The translations under genes were made by a program, and so were the position numbers. DNA of 64,000 bases from an uncultured Gemmatimonadales bacterium (lineage in GTDB: Bacteria > Gemmatimonadota > Gemmatimonadetes > Gemmatimonadales > GWC2-71-9): positions 480,001 to 544,000 of the forward strand of contig CAWJIM010000019.1 of the NCBI GenBank assembly GCA_963842945.1, in the 5' to 3' direction. Shown piece after piece: positions 29,433-39,162 of the stretch (within the stretch, counting starts at the first letter, position 1; every line of letters starts with the position of its first letter). Below the pieces are notes generated by a model that worked only from the letters and a program-made list of their open reading frames with translations, was not told where the DNA came from and ran no database searches.

Positions 29433-32400
29433 GTGAGCGATACCACCCTCGATCTGTTCGCCGCCTTGCAAGCAGCGCTGGGGCCCCAGTACCGGCTCCA
29501 GCGCGAGCTCGGCCGCGGCGGTATGGGTGTCGTATTCCAGGCGACCGACACCACCCTGGACCGCCGGGTCGCCATCAAGGTGGTCCACCCCGAATTGGCC
29601 CCTCACGAATCCATCACTCGCCGTTTCCTCGGTGAAGCCCGGACGATTGCCCGACTGCGCCACCCCAACATCGTGGCTATCCATGCGGCGGGGAGCGCAG
29701 ACGGGCTGCTGTACTACGTGATGGACGAGATCGCCGGCGAAAGCCTGCGGCAGCGACTCACGCGGGAAGGGAGAATCCCGGTCGAGGATGCGGCCCGCAT
29801 CACGTCCGATGTGGCCTCGGCACTCGACGCGGCCGGGCGGGCGGGCGTGGTGCACCGGGACGTGAAGCCCGAAAACGTGCTGCTGGATGAGGTCAGCGGA
29901 CGTGCTCTCCTGGCGGACTTCGGCATTGCCCGCGCGGTCGCGGCCGAAGCGAGCGGATCGAGCACCGGACAGGGTGTGGCGGTGGGGACGCCGGTGTACA
30001 TGAGTCCGGAGCAGGCCGCCGGCGAGGAGGTCGATATCCGCAGCGATCTCTACGCGCTCGGCGTTGTCGCCTATGAGATGCTGGCCGGACATCCTCCCTT
30101 CCAGGGCTCGCACCGGGTCGTCGTGTCCAAGCACATCGCCGAACGCCCATTACCCATCGACCGGCTGCGCCCCGAGACGCCGGAGCCGCTGGCCGCAGCG
30201 GTCATGCGCTCGCTGGAGAAGCAACCATCCGAGCGCTGGCAGACGGGCGAGGAGCTGCGGCAGGCGCTCACCGGCGAGCGGTCCACCTGGCCCAGACGAG
30301 GCCGGCTGCGGCGCACCCTGATCGGAGCGGCGGCGGTGGCCGCGGTTGTGGCCGGCGCCACCATCGGATTAGTGCGGCGCACTCCCGGGCCCCCGGCCGG
30401 AGTAAATCCCCGGCACTCCATCCTGGTGCTCCCGTTCAACAATCTGCGGGGCGACCGATCAGTGGATTGGCTGCGGGAGGGCAGCGTCAGCATGCTGGGG
30501 CTGAACCTGTCGCAATGGAACGATCTCACCGTCGTGGATCACGAGCGCCTTCACGACCTTCTCGCTCGGCATCGGCTGAGAGCCGGAGACGAGATCGGCC
30601 TCGATATGGCTCGCCGGCTGGCCCGGGAGGCGGGCGTCTGGACGGTGGTGCTGGGGGATTTCACTCCGGCCGGCGACTCACTCCATCTGGCCGCTCGGGT
30701 CTTCGACGTGTCCAGCGGGAACCGGGTGGATGTCGCCCGGGTCGATGACCGCTCCGGGACCGATGTGCGCCCGCTGTTCGACCAGCTCGCCGCCAAGCTG
30801 CTGGATCTGACCGGCGCACCCAATGAGATCCAGATAGGACTGGCGCGCTCGACCACCACGTCGCTCGAAGCATTCCGAGCCTACTTGCGCGGAGTGGAGC
30901 AGCTGAACCGCTGGGACCTTGCCGGAGCCGAGCGGGACCTCCAGCGGGCCATAGCCCTGGACACGACCTTCGGGCTGGCCTACTACAAGCTCGCTCTGAC
31001 TCGCGGGTGGATGGCTGGGACGGAAGACTCGGTCTCGGACCGACTCATGCTGCGGGCAACGACGCTACTCGGCCAACCTGCCGCTGCACGAACGCACCGT
31101 CATCAACGCCTATCGGGCGTTTCTGGGAGATCAGTACGAGGAGGCCCGCGCTCTGTACCGGCAGCTCATTGCGCGGGACCCGGGCGACGCCGACGCCTGG
31201 TACGGCCTGGGCGACGCCTGGTTCCACGATACGGCCGGTGCGAATCGAGGCACCCTTCTGGACTCAATCCCTCAGGGCCTTCAAGCGAGCACTGGCCCTG
31301 GACCCCAGCTACGCGCTGGCCTACGAGCACGTCCAATTCATGTTCAGTGTTGCTGCCTCCGATCACCCGACTTACGCCTTGCTCCCCCGGGATTCGTTTG
31401 GCGTAACCCGGACGTCTTCAGGGCGGGTGATGATGGACAGCGTCACCGTCGGCACGTCGGTGCAGCGGGCCCGGGCGGAGGCGCTCGCCACCGCGCGCAC
31501 CTGGGTGTCGGCCCTGCCCACGACGCTGAGGGCTCACGGCGCCATGGTGAACGCGTATCTCTCGTCCGGCAACTACAGCGGGGCCCTTTCCGAGCTGGAA
31601 CGATTCCGGGTGGCCACCTCGGCCCACCCGGAGCTGCCGTTTGTGGAAGCGCGGGTTCGCTTTGCCTCGGGAGACGTGGACCGAGCCGCCGCCCAGCTGC
31701 GCACAGCGCTGGATACGGCGTCCTCCAAGGATTTCAGAGTATATGCCGGCACCGCCACCGTGGTGAGCGACATCGCCGCCGCGGCGAACGTGTTTGCCTA
31801 TCAGGGCGACCTGACCAACGCAGCCAAGACGCTGGAGCTGGCTGACCAGGTCCGTCGCGTGGTGGTCTCCCATCCCGAGTGGAGCGGCTCCAGGGGAGAA
31901 GGGTGGCGCCGGGCCAAGCTGGGTGAGCTCTACGCCGCGGCCGGCGGCCCCTCGTCTGCCCTCCGGCAGATCTGGCAGAACACAGCGGAGGCGACCCGGA
32001 TGTCGCCTTCCGATCAGCGGAAGCATATCGCGCATTCGGGGGCAAGCGCGGCCATCGGGTTGTTCACCGGACTGGCGGCCGACACCACCGCCCTCCACGA
32101 GCTGACCGTTCTCTCCGGCGAGCCGGCCGCCAAGGAGGTTCGGGCACTCCTGGCGGTGAGCCGGGGAGACTCCGCCGTTGCCCGAAGAACGTTGGCCGAG
32201 CCGGACTCCACCACGTACGGCAAGCACATGTACCGGGTTCTCACCGAGCCACTGGCGGCTCAGGCGTATTATCTGCTCGGAGATTATGAGACAACACTTC
32301 GGGTGCTGGAGGGGTACCAGCCCTCCTCACTTCAGACCGGCGAATTCGATTCCGGCTGGGGGATGCTGGGCCGGGTGAGGCTTCTCCGGGGGGCAGCCTA

Positions 32401-32539
32401 CGAGCGACTGGGCCGCAGAGCCGAGGCTCGGGAGCAATACCGCCAGGTCCTGACGCAGTGGAAGCGAGCCGATCCGGCACTGCTCCCGTTTCTGCAGCAG
32501 GCCGAGCGCGGCCTGGCGCGGGTGGGACATGCGGGGTGA
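29433..32539 (+). CDS. Membrane Ser/Thr kinase with TolB-N-like and TPR extracytoplasmic region (frameshifts near 31065 and 31245)
   Basis: GRGGMG, HRDVKPEN, DFG, GTPVYMSPE; TM; SILVLPF.NL; TPR repeats continue in other frames. Confidence 0.88.
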
Positions 32540-32668
32540 GTGGGAAGCTGGGAAGCGGGGAGGGGAGGTCCTGAGGTAACTGTTTGGATTTCAGGTGCTT
32601 ACCGGAGAGGCGTTTAGCCCCAGTACCTCCGCGCCTCCCCGCTTCCCTCCCTCCCCGCTATATTCAGT

Positions 32669-33062
32669 CCACTGGTCGGACAGGATGGTCGCGGGTGCCG
32701 CGAGGTACCCCGAGGAAAGTCCGAGCTCCACAGGGTAGGCTGCCAGGTAACGCCTGGGCGCCGTAAGGCGACGGACAGGGCCACAGAAAACAAACCGCCC
32801 GGATTGAGGGTTCGCCCGATACCCGGGTAAGGGTGAAACGGTGGGGTAAGAGCCCACCGCACCACTGGTAACAGTGGTGGCAGGGTAACCCCCAGCCGGA
32901 GCAAGGCCAAATAGGCGGCGAGGTGCGACCCGCACCATTAAGCCGCGGGTAGGCTGCTAGAGGTGGCCGGCGACGGCCATCCCAGATAGATGACCATCTC
33001 TCCTGCCCCAATGCATGCAGGGAACGGGAGACACAGAACTCGGCTTATGTTCCGACCAGCGG
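32669..33062 (+). ncRNA. rnpB: RNase P RNA, type A
   Basis: GAGGAAAGTCC, GGGTGAAACGG..GGTAAGAGC, GGAGCAAGGCCAAATAGG, AGAACTCGGCTTA; P1 pairing CTGGTCGGA/TCCGACCAG; TATATT -10 at 32659. Confidence 0.97.
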
Positions 33063-33098
33063 CAGCCCTCCGGAAAGTCCGGGGGGCTGTTGGTTTTG
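33063..33098 (+). terminator. Intrinsic terminator after rnpB
   Basis: CAGCCCTCCGG-aaagt-CCGGGGGGCTG followed by TTGGTTTT. Confidence 0.65.
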
Positions 33099-33137
33099 GG
33101 GCTCCCTGCTGGTTAGTTTTTCTGGCCCACCACCTCA

Positions 33138-33932
33138 ATGGGGATGCGGATGGCGCTACACAACGCCGGTTACTTCACCCTTGCTGCCGGTCTGCTGCTC
33201 CCTGCCCTGGGACTCGCACCTTCTACCACGAAATACCGGATCGACCAGACGCTCACTCAGGAGATGGACGCAACGCCTGCCGGTGGAGCGAAGCAGCGGC
33301 TCGCCTTCAGCACGACCAGCTTCGTGACCGTATCTCTGGCAGACAGCGCCGGAGGTAAGTCCATCCGGGTCGTGGTGGATTCGGTGAAGGGCGACAGCGC
33401 CACCCCGATTCCGGCACCGGTGCTCGACAGCGCGCGGGGCGCGGAGTTTCGCGGATTCGTCGAAAAGTCAGGGAAACCCAGCGGACTCACCCCGACAGCG
33501 AATGCCAGTGCCGCCGTTCAGATTCAGGGACTGCTGAGCGATTTTTTCCCCTGGGCCAGGGCAGGTCTGAAGGTCGGCGATAGCTGGAGCGACACCACGG
33601 CCAAGACCAGCGGAACCGGAAGCGACAGCGTCACGGTACGCCGAGTGAGCGCCTACAAGGCGGCGGCGAGTGAGACGAAGGAGTCTCGCAAGGCAGTGCG
33701 GGTGGTGCAGGATTTTACTTCTTCTGTCCAGGGCACTCAGCCCACTCCGAACGGGCCGGCCAAGATTGAAGGCACCAGCCGGGGTAACGGCTCCTACTAT
33801 GTGGCAGCCGACGGCCGGTACCTGGGCGGCGCATGGCAGCAGCAGTCTGCCCTGAAGATTTCGGGATCGTTCGCGCCCCAGCCTCTTCCGATTACGATCA
33901 TTCAAAAGACCAGCGTCAGTACCCTCAAGTGA
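33138..33932 (+). CDS. Exported beta-rich hypothetical protein (DUF6263-like)
   Basis: Signal peptide; vvDS.. and DFFP...LKVGDSWSDT motifs. Confidence 0.7.
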   Translation: MGMRMALHNAGYFTLAAGLLLPALGLAPSTTKYRIDQTLTQEMDATPAGGAKQRLAFSTTSFVTVSLADSAGGKSIRVVVDSVKGDSATPIPAPVLDSARGAEFRGFVEKSGKPSGLTPTANASAAVQIQGLLSDFFPWARAGLKVGDSWSDTTAKTSGTGSDSVTVRRVSAYKAAASETKESRKAVRVVQDFTSSVQGTQPTPNGPAKIEGTSRGNGSYYVAADGRYLGGAWQQQSALKISGSFAPQPLPITIIQKTSVSTLK

Positions 33933-34831
33933 ATCGGCGTATGAATGTGCCACTGAGCTGGGCCGTTCCGGTGTGTCTGGTGCTTGCGGCCTGCAGCTCG
34001 GGACGGACAGGTCCCGAGCAACCCGGTACTCCCACACCCGAGCCCGGGAAACCCAATGGCGGCACACCCGCCCCGAACGGCGCTTCCGGCATCATCTACC
34101 TCCCGGTTCGCGACGCGAGCTATGCGCTCGTTCGCCATGACAGCCTGACGCTGCAGCTGCCAGGCGGAGCCAATCAGCTCCAGCTGATCGATCGGACAGC
34201 CTACCTGCGCGTGACCCTTGCCCCGGACACGAACGGGTATCTGGCCACCATTGTGCTCGATTCGATGCAGGCGGCGGTGGGCGGAGTGCCGGCATCACCC
34301 GATTCGGTGCTTCCGGCGCGGGGCACCCGATGGACCGCGTCGCTCAAGCCGGACGGCGAGTTGTCAGCCTTGAAAAGCGATCGAACCACGACGCTGGGCG
34401 ATCAGATCGGGAGCAACCTCCGGACGCTCTTCCCGGCGTTGCCGACGAGTGGGGTGCGGACCGGCATGGAGTGGACCGACACGACCGAGGTGCCAATCAG
34501 GGCCGATGCTTTTGACGCCGTGGAGCGCTCCCTGACGAAGTATCGGGCCATGGACAGCGACGATCCGCGGGCGAAAAACGCCGTCAAGCTCGAGGGCAGC
34601 GGAAGTTTCCGGCGGTCGGGAAAGGGAACTCAATACAATCAGCAGCTCGAGATGACCGCATCCGGCACTCGATCAGCCGTATACTACCTGAACCCTGACG
34701 GAACCCTTGCCTCTGCCCGAGGGAGCGATGCCGGCGACATGACGATCACCGTACCGGCCGTGGGCCAAACGGTACCGGTGAAGCAAGCCGGGAGTTACAC
34801 GATTACTTCCCTTCACCCGGTCAAGCGCTAG
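33929..34831 (+). CDS. Lipoprotein paralogous to the upstream gene
   Basis: LAAC lipobox; LFPALP...TGMEWTDT; GTGA overlap. Confidence 0.7.
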   Translation: MNRRMNVPLSWAVPVCLVLAACSSGRTGPEQPGTPTPEPGKPNGGTPAPNGASGIIYLPVRDASYALVRHDSLTLQLPGGANQLQLIDRTAYLRVTLAPDTNGYLATIVLDSMQAAVGGVPASPDSVLPARGTRWTASLKPDGELSALKSDRTTTLGDQIGSNLRTLFPALPTSGVRTGMEWTDTTEVPIRADAFDAVERSLTKYRAMDSDDPRAKNAVKLEGSGSFRRSGKGTQYNQQLEMTASGTRSAVYYLNPDGTLASARGSDAGDMTITVPAVGQTVPVKQAGSYTITSLHPVKR

Positions 34832-34838
34832 CTACTTC

Positions 34839-35336
34839 TCAGAAGACCGAGTTGGGATCCCGTCCCAGCTCCTGGACAGTCCGAACCGACCGAGTCTCCG
34901 CAGCCGGATCTTCAATGGGCTCGGCGCGCTGGCGCAGGCGCTCGATTCGATCCACGGTTCCAACCTTGATGCGGTTGATGGTGCCGCCGAGCTTGCGCCG
35001 GGTGGCGGTGCCGCTCTCGGGCGTGAGCAATGCCGTGATGCCGGCACCGACGAGCAATCCGGCCAGGGCGAACACCTGCTTCTCTCTGCGGGACTGATCT
35101 CGTCTGCGGCGGATCTCGCGCTGCAGTTGTGCGATGCCTCCTGCCGCCTCGCCGCCAAAGCTCCTGAGGCCCTGGGCAACGCGCCGCCGGGTTCGAGCGC
35201 CTTCATCCGGGGCCAGCAGAACTGCGGCGCCGGCGCCGCACGCCGCGGCGATCACCGCCAGCGCCACGAAGCCGCCCCGCCCGCCCTCGGCGGCACCATT
35301 CAGGGGCTGCAGGTTGTTGCCTGAATTGTCTGACAT
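34839..35336 (-). CDS. YtxH-domain protein with duplicated motif
   Basis: GAAVLLAPDEGARTRRRV and GITALLTPESGTATRRKL. Confidence 0.75.
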   Translation of the reverse strand: MSDNSGNNLQPLNGAAEGGRGGFVALAVIAAACGAGAAVLLAPDEGARTRRRVAQGLRSFGGEAAGGIAQLQREIRRRRDQSRREKQVFALAGLLVGAGITALLTPESGTATRRKLGGTINRIKVGTVDRIERLRQRAEPIEDPAAETRSVRTVQELGRDPNSVF

Positions 35337-35345
35337 GTTCGTCTC

Positions 35346-36461
35346 CTAGTCGACCAATCGGAGGGGCATCACCAAAGCCAGATAGCTGGCCGGGTCGTCC
35401 CAGCCCACGGGCTCACAGGTCGCGGCGCGCTCCGGGGCTTTGAAAGTCATCCGGACTTCATCGGTTGGAATGTACTTGAGTATCTCGAGGAGGTACGCCG
35501 CATTGAACCCGATCTCCAGCGGATCGCCCTCGTAGCTGACGTTGAGTTCCTCCTGAGCCTCGCCCAGGTCGGGAGTCTGGACCGACAACTTGCACGATCC
35601 ATTGGCGAACCCCATCCGGATTCGATGGGTCTGGTCGCTGGCGACAATGCTCATCCGCCGAAGCGCTGAGGTAAGGGCCGACTTGTCAGCCGTCGCCACC
35701 TTGTCGTTTTCCCGGGGGATGACCTGCTCGTAATTGGGGTAGGGCCCCTCGATCAGCCGGGTGAAGATCTGCGTCGAGCTCGAGCGGAAGCCGAGGTGGT
35801 TCTCACTCCGGGCGATCTCGATGATCTCCTCGGTGCCGAACAGCCGGCGAATCTGCTCCAGCGCCTTGGGAGGAACGATCAGGTCAGCCTGGGAGGCGCC
35901 CTGCCGCTCCGGCGTGGGGACATCCATCCGGGCCAGTCGGTGCCCGTTGGTAGCAACCATGCGCATCCGCTCGGGGCGAAGCTCCCAGAGCACGCCATTA
36001 AGGATCGGCCGGCTCTCTTCGGTGCTCGCGGCAAAGGCGACGTGGGTGATCAGCTTCTGCAGCTCGCTGGAGGAGATTCTCCATCCCCCATCGAACTTGA
36101 CGCTGGGAAATGCCGGGAATTCTTCCCGGGGGAGCCCGAGCAGGCGAAACCGGCTGCGGCCACACTCGATGGTCACCCGCTGCTCGCCGGACGCGGTGAG
36201 CCGAATGGGGGCGCTGGGAAACTCCCGGACAATCTCCACCAGCTTGCGGGCGGGAAGGGTGATCGCTCCGTCCTGATCGATGGAGGCGGGCACCGTGGTG
36301 CTGACCGAAATGTCGAGGTCTGTTCCCGAGAGACGAATGCCGTCTTTGTTGGCCTCGAGCAGAATATTCGACAGGATCGGCAGAGTCGTCTTGGCAGGAA
36401 CGCTGGCAGCTACCGCCACGAGTCCTTCCTGCAGCTGCTCCCGCGTGATCGTGAGCTTCAT
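35346..36461 (-). CDS. dnaN: DNA polymerase III beta clamp
   Basis: TTLPILSNILL, GTDLD, VATNGHRLA, RLIEGPYPNY, IGFNAAYL, LVMPLR. Confidence 0.97.
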   Translation of the reverse strand: MKLTITREQLQEGLVAVAASVPAKTTLPILSNILLEANKDGIRLSGTDLDISVSTTVPASIDQDGAITLPARKLVEIVREFPSAPIRLTASGEQRVTIECGRSRFRLLGLPREEFPAFPSVKFDGGWRISSSELQKLITHVAFAASTEESRPILNGVLWELRPERMRMVATNGHRLARMDVPTPERQGASQADLIVPPKALEQIRRLFGTEEIIEIARSENHLGFRSSSTQIFTRLIEGPYPNYEQVIPRENDKVATADKSALTSALRRMSIVASDQTHRIRMGFANGSCKLSVQTPDLGEAQEELNVSYEGDPLEIGFNAAYLLEILKYIPTDEVRMTFKAPERAATCEPVGWDDPASYLALVMPLRLVD

Positions 36462-36689
36462 GCCTCTCCTCGGAACGCTATGAACAGATACTACTCTTCT
36501 ATTTAAGAAACTTAGTAGCCGTAGTAGAGACTCTGGAAATGTGGAGCGCTGATTTAATCAACCCGGCCACTCGCACTTAGACACCTCAAACGATGTCGAC
36601 AGCATGTGTGCCATGGGGACTGTCGCTCGACCTTTCCGCTCCTGTCCACGCCTTTCCAGACTCCCCACACTTTGCCCGGAAGACGGGGA
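36462..36689. other. Probable oriC unwinding region (DnaA boxes, DnaA-trios, AT-rich DUE)
   Basis: Minus strand CGCTCCACA-TTTCCAGA-GTCT-CTACTACGGCTACTA-AT-rich segment, lying between dnaA and dnaN. Confidence 0.75.
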
Positions 36690-38072
36690 TTATTCTGCGG
36701 ACAACTCTTGGCGCGCGTGCTCCACCCGCTCGCGAAAGCCGCGGTCGCGCGACATCTGCCGGCTCACTTTATCGACGCTGTGAATCACCGTCGAGTGGTC
36801 TCGTCCGCCAAAGGCTTGGCCGATCTCAACCAGCTGCATCTCCAGCAGCTCCCGGGCGAGATACATCGCGATCTGGCGAGGCACCGTCAGCGTTTTGATG
36901 CGAGCCTTGGAACGCAGGCCCTCGGGCGTGACCCCCCAGCGACGGGCCACCACCTCCTGGACCTTATTAATGGACGGCATGGCCCGGGGTGGCGCCAGGC
37001 CATCTTCGCCCGGGCGGATCTTGTCCGAGAGCGCCTCCCGAGCGAGCTCGATGGAGACCTCTTTGTGTTTCAAGGAGGCGAACAGCAATAGCTTGATGAT
37101 ACAGCCCTCGAGCTCCCGGACGTTCGACCGCACGTGCTCGGCGATGAATCGAAGCACGTCGTCGGGGATGGTCAGCTCCAGATGGTCCTGCTCCTGCTTC
37201 TTTCGCAGGATGGCGATCCGATGCTCCAGGTCCGGTTGGCCGATATCGGCCACCATGCCCCACTCGAACCGGCTTACCAGCCGGGCCTCCAGCCCGGGGA
37301 GCTCCTTGGGCGGCCGGTCGGAGGTCAGGACGATCTGCTTGTTGCCCTCGTAAAGCGCATTGAACGTGTGAAAGAACTCCTCCTGAGTCATTTCCTTGCC
37401 TTCGAGGAAATGCACGTCATCCACCAGGAAGAGGTCCACATCGGTCCGGTACCGCCGGCGAAACTCGGGCATGGTCCGGCTGTGGATGCTCTCGATCACC
37501 TCATTGATGAACTGCTCGGCCCCGACGTAGAGCACCCGCGTTTCAGGGTGGCGCTCGACGACGGTGTGGGCGATGGCCTGCATCAGGTGGGTCTTGCCCA
37601 AACCGGTGGCGCCATAAATGAAGAGCGGGTTGTACGTCTTGCCCGGCGATTCGGCGGCCGCGTGCGCGGCGGCGGCGGCCAGCTCGTTCGACTTGCCGAT
37701 GACGAAAGTGTCGAAGGTGTACCGCTCGTTGAGCGGCTGCGTGCTGGGATTGACCTGGGGGTTTGCGGCGGCCGGAGAGGAGGGCGCAACGAAGAAATCC
37801 ATCTGTGGCCGCTTTTGCCGGTCCTCATTCACCCGAAAGACCACCGAGGTCGGCTGGCCCAGGAGTGGCTCAGCCAGACGGGAGAGAATGGGAGCGTGCT
37901 TGGTCTCGTTCCACTCCACGGCAAACTGGTCCGGCGCGCCGATGATCAGCCGCCCCTCGTCGAGGGCGATCGCCTCGGTGGGCTCGAGCCACGTGCGAAT
38001 CGTGTGGTCGGGAAGTTCGCGATGCGCTTCGTCGAGAATGCGCTTCCAAGCGTCTTTGGCGGACAGCTGCAT
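36690..38072 (-). CDS. dnaA: Chromosomal replication initiator DnaA
   Basis: YTFDTFVIGKSN, YNPLFIYGATGLGKTHL, TQEEFFHTFN, NVRELEG, FGGRDHSTV. Confidence 0.98.
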   Translation of the reverse strand: MQLSAKDAWKRILDEAHRELPDHTIRTWLEPTEAIALDEGRLIIGAPDQFAVEWNETKHAPILSRLAEPLLGQPTSVVFRVNEDRQKRPQMDFFVAPSSPAAANPQVNPSTQPLNERYTFDTFVIGKSNELAAAAAHAAAESPGKTYNPLFIYGATGLGKTHLMQAIAHTVVERHPETRVLYVGAEQFINEVIESIHSRTMPEFRRRYRTDVDLFLVDDVHFLEGKEMTQEEFFHTFNALYEGNKQIVLTSDRPPKELPGLEARLVSRFEWGMVADIGQPDLEHRIAILRKKQEQDHLELTIPDDVLRFIAEHVRSNVRELEGCIIKLLLFASLKHKEVSIELAREALSDKIRPGEDGLAPPRAMPSINKVQEVVARRWGVTPEGLRSKARIKTLTVPRQIAMYLARELLEMQLVEIGQAFGGRDHSTVIHSVDKVSRQMSRDRGFRERVEHARQELSAE

Positions 38073-38112
38073 CGGTACTCGAAAACGGAAGGAATTTTTT
38101 CCAGGGCGAGAG

Positions 38113-38141
38113 ATGTTACGGGAGCGGTATAAAAATGTCAA
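38113..38141 (-). promoter_or_regulatory. dnaA promoter
   Basis: Minus strand TTGACA-N17-TAACAT. Confidence 0.65.
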
Positions 38142-38210
38142 TCGGGTCTTGACACGAGAAATCGACGAACATGGAGCGGGCGGACGGCAAGGGAGAAATC
38201 GCAAACATTT

Positions 38211-38247
38211 CTTTCCACCGTTCTCCACGTCTTCAACGTTGTCCACC
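38211..38247 (+). promoter_or_regulatory. Tandem array of four degenerate DnaA boxes
   Basis: CTTTCCACC g TTCTCCACG TCTTCAACG TTGTCCACC in the dnaA-rpmH gap. Confidence 0.55.
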
Positions 38248-38342
38248 TCCGTTTTCTCCTCCGGTCTCCTGCCAGCTTCGTCCCTTCCTCTCGACGCAAC
38301 TCTTCCTCGCCGTCTCCTCCGGGCGCCCCCGCTCCCTTTTAC

Positions 38343-38372
38343 TTGACCCCGTCGCACTCCTCCGGCTAAGTT
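38343..38372 (+). promoter_or_regulatory. rpmH operon promoter
   Basis: TTGACC-N18-TAAGTT upstream of the GGAGG RBS. Confidence 0.5.
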
Positions 38373-38400
38373 CCACGGCTCATTTCGGAGGGAGACTCGG

Positions 38401-38562
38401 ATGAAGCCGTCGTATCGGCCGCGAAACAAGCGCCGCATCAACAAGCATGGATTTCGCGCCCGGATGGCCACCCGGTGGGGCCGCGCGGTACTGTCCCGCC
38501 GCCGCAAGAAGGGCCGCAAACGGCTTACTGTCTCGCTGCCATCGAAGCACGGGGGCTCCTGA
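38401..38562 (+). CDS. rpmH: 50S ribosomal protein L34
   Basis: Manual translation [44 protein letters not shown]...; below the ORF-track length cut-off. Confidence 0.97.
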   Translation: MKPSYRPRNKRRINKHGFRARMATRWGRAVLSRRRKKGRKRLTVSLPSKHGGS

Positions 38563-38576
38563 CGCCATCGGCGCGC

Positions 38577-38912
38577 ATGCCGCGGGCCCGCCGGCTCGCG
38601 CGCGCGTCCGATATCCGCCGCTGCCTCACCCACGGCCGACGTCGCCGCCTCGAGCACCTGGATATGATCTGGATCGACAATTCAACGGGCCAGCCACGGG
38701 TGGGACTCATCGTCCCGAAGTTCCAGTCCTCCGCGGTGGCCCGCAATCGTTTGCGGCGCCGGCTGCGGGAGATCTGGCGGCGGGACATCCAGGGCCAGCA
38801 TCGCTCGGGCGATCTGGTGATTCGCGCCCGGCGGGAGGCGTACCAGGCCGGCTTCGAGGCGCTGCGCTCGCAGCTGCTGGCGTGGCGTGACACCGTGCTC
38901 GCCTCCGGATGA
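38577..38912 (+). CDS. rnpA: RNase P protein component
   Basis: RVGLIVPK...AVARNRLRRRLRE (RNR motif); synteny with rpmH. Confidence 0.92.
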   Translation: MPRARRLARASDIRRCLTHGRRRRLEHLDMIWIDNSTGQPRVGLIVPKFQSSAVARNRLRRRLREIWRRDIQGQHRSGDLVIRARREAYQAGFEALRSQLLAWRDTVLASG

Positions 38913-38915
38913 CCG

Positions 38916-39146
38916 ATGGTGCAGTTACCGCTGATTCCCCGGCGGGCAGCGGCGGCCATGATTCGCGGCTACCAGCTATTTCTCTCTCCGCTGCTTCCCC
39001 CGAGCTGCCGGTTTACTCCTTCATGCTCGCAGTACGCGCTGGAGGCGGTCACCCGCCACGGTGCTCTCCGCGGGAGCTGGCTCGCCGCTCGGCGACTCGC
39101 CCGCTGCCACCCTTTTCATCCGGGTGGCTTCGATCCCGTTCCCTGA
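38916..39146 (+). CDS. yidD: Membrane protein insertion efficiency factor YidD
   Basis: [12 protein letters not shown]...[14 protein letters not shown]. Confidence 0.95.
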   Translation: MVQLPLIPRRAAAAMIRGYQLFLSPLLPPSCRFTPSCSQYALEAVTRHGALRGSWLAARRLARCHPFHPGGFDPVP

Positions 39147-39162
39147 TCCGGTGACCTGACCC

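Noticed and set aside
38073..38657. N-terminal extension of DnaA in the ORF track; likewise for sufC and the GWxTD gene
   Set aside because: The extensions overlap rpmH, sufB or the kinase gene; internal ATG starts give normal lengths.
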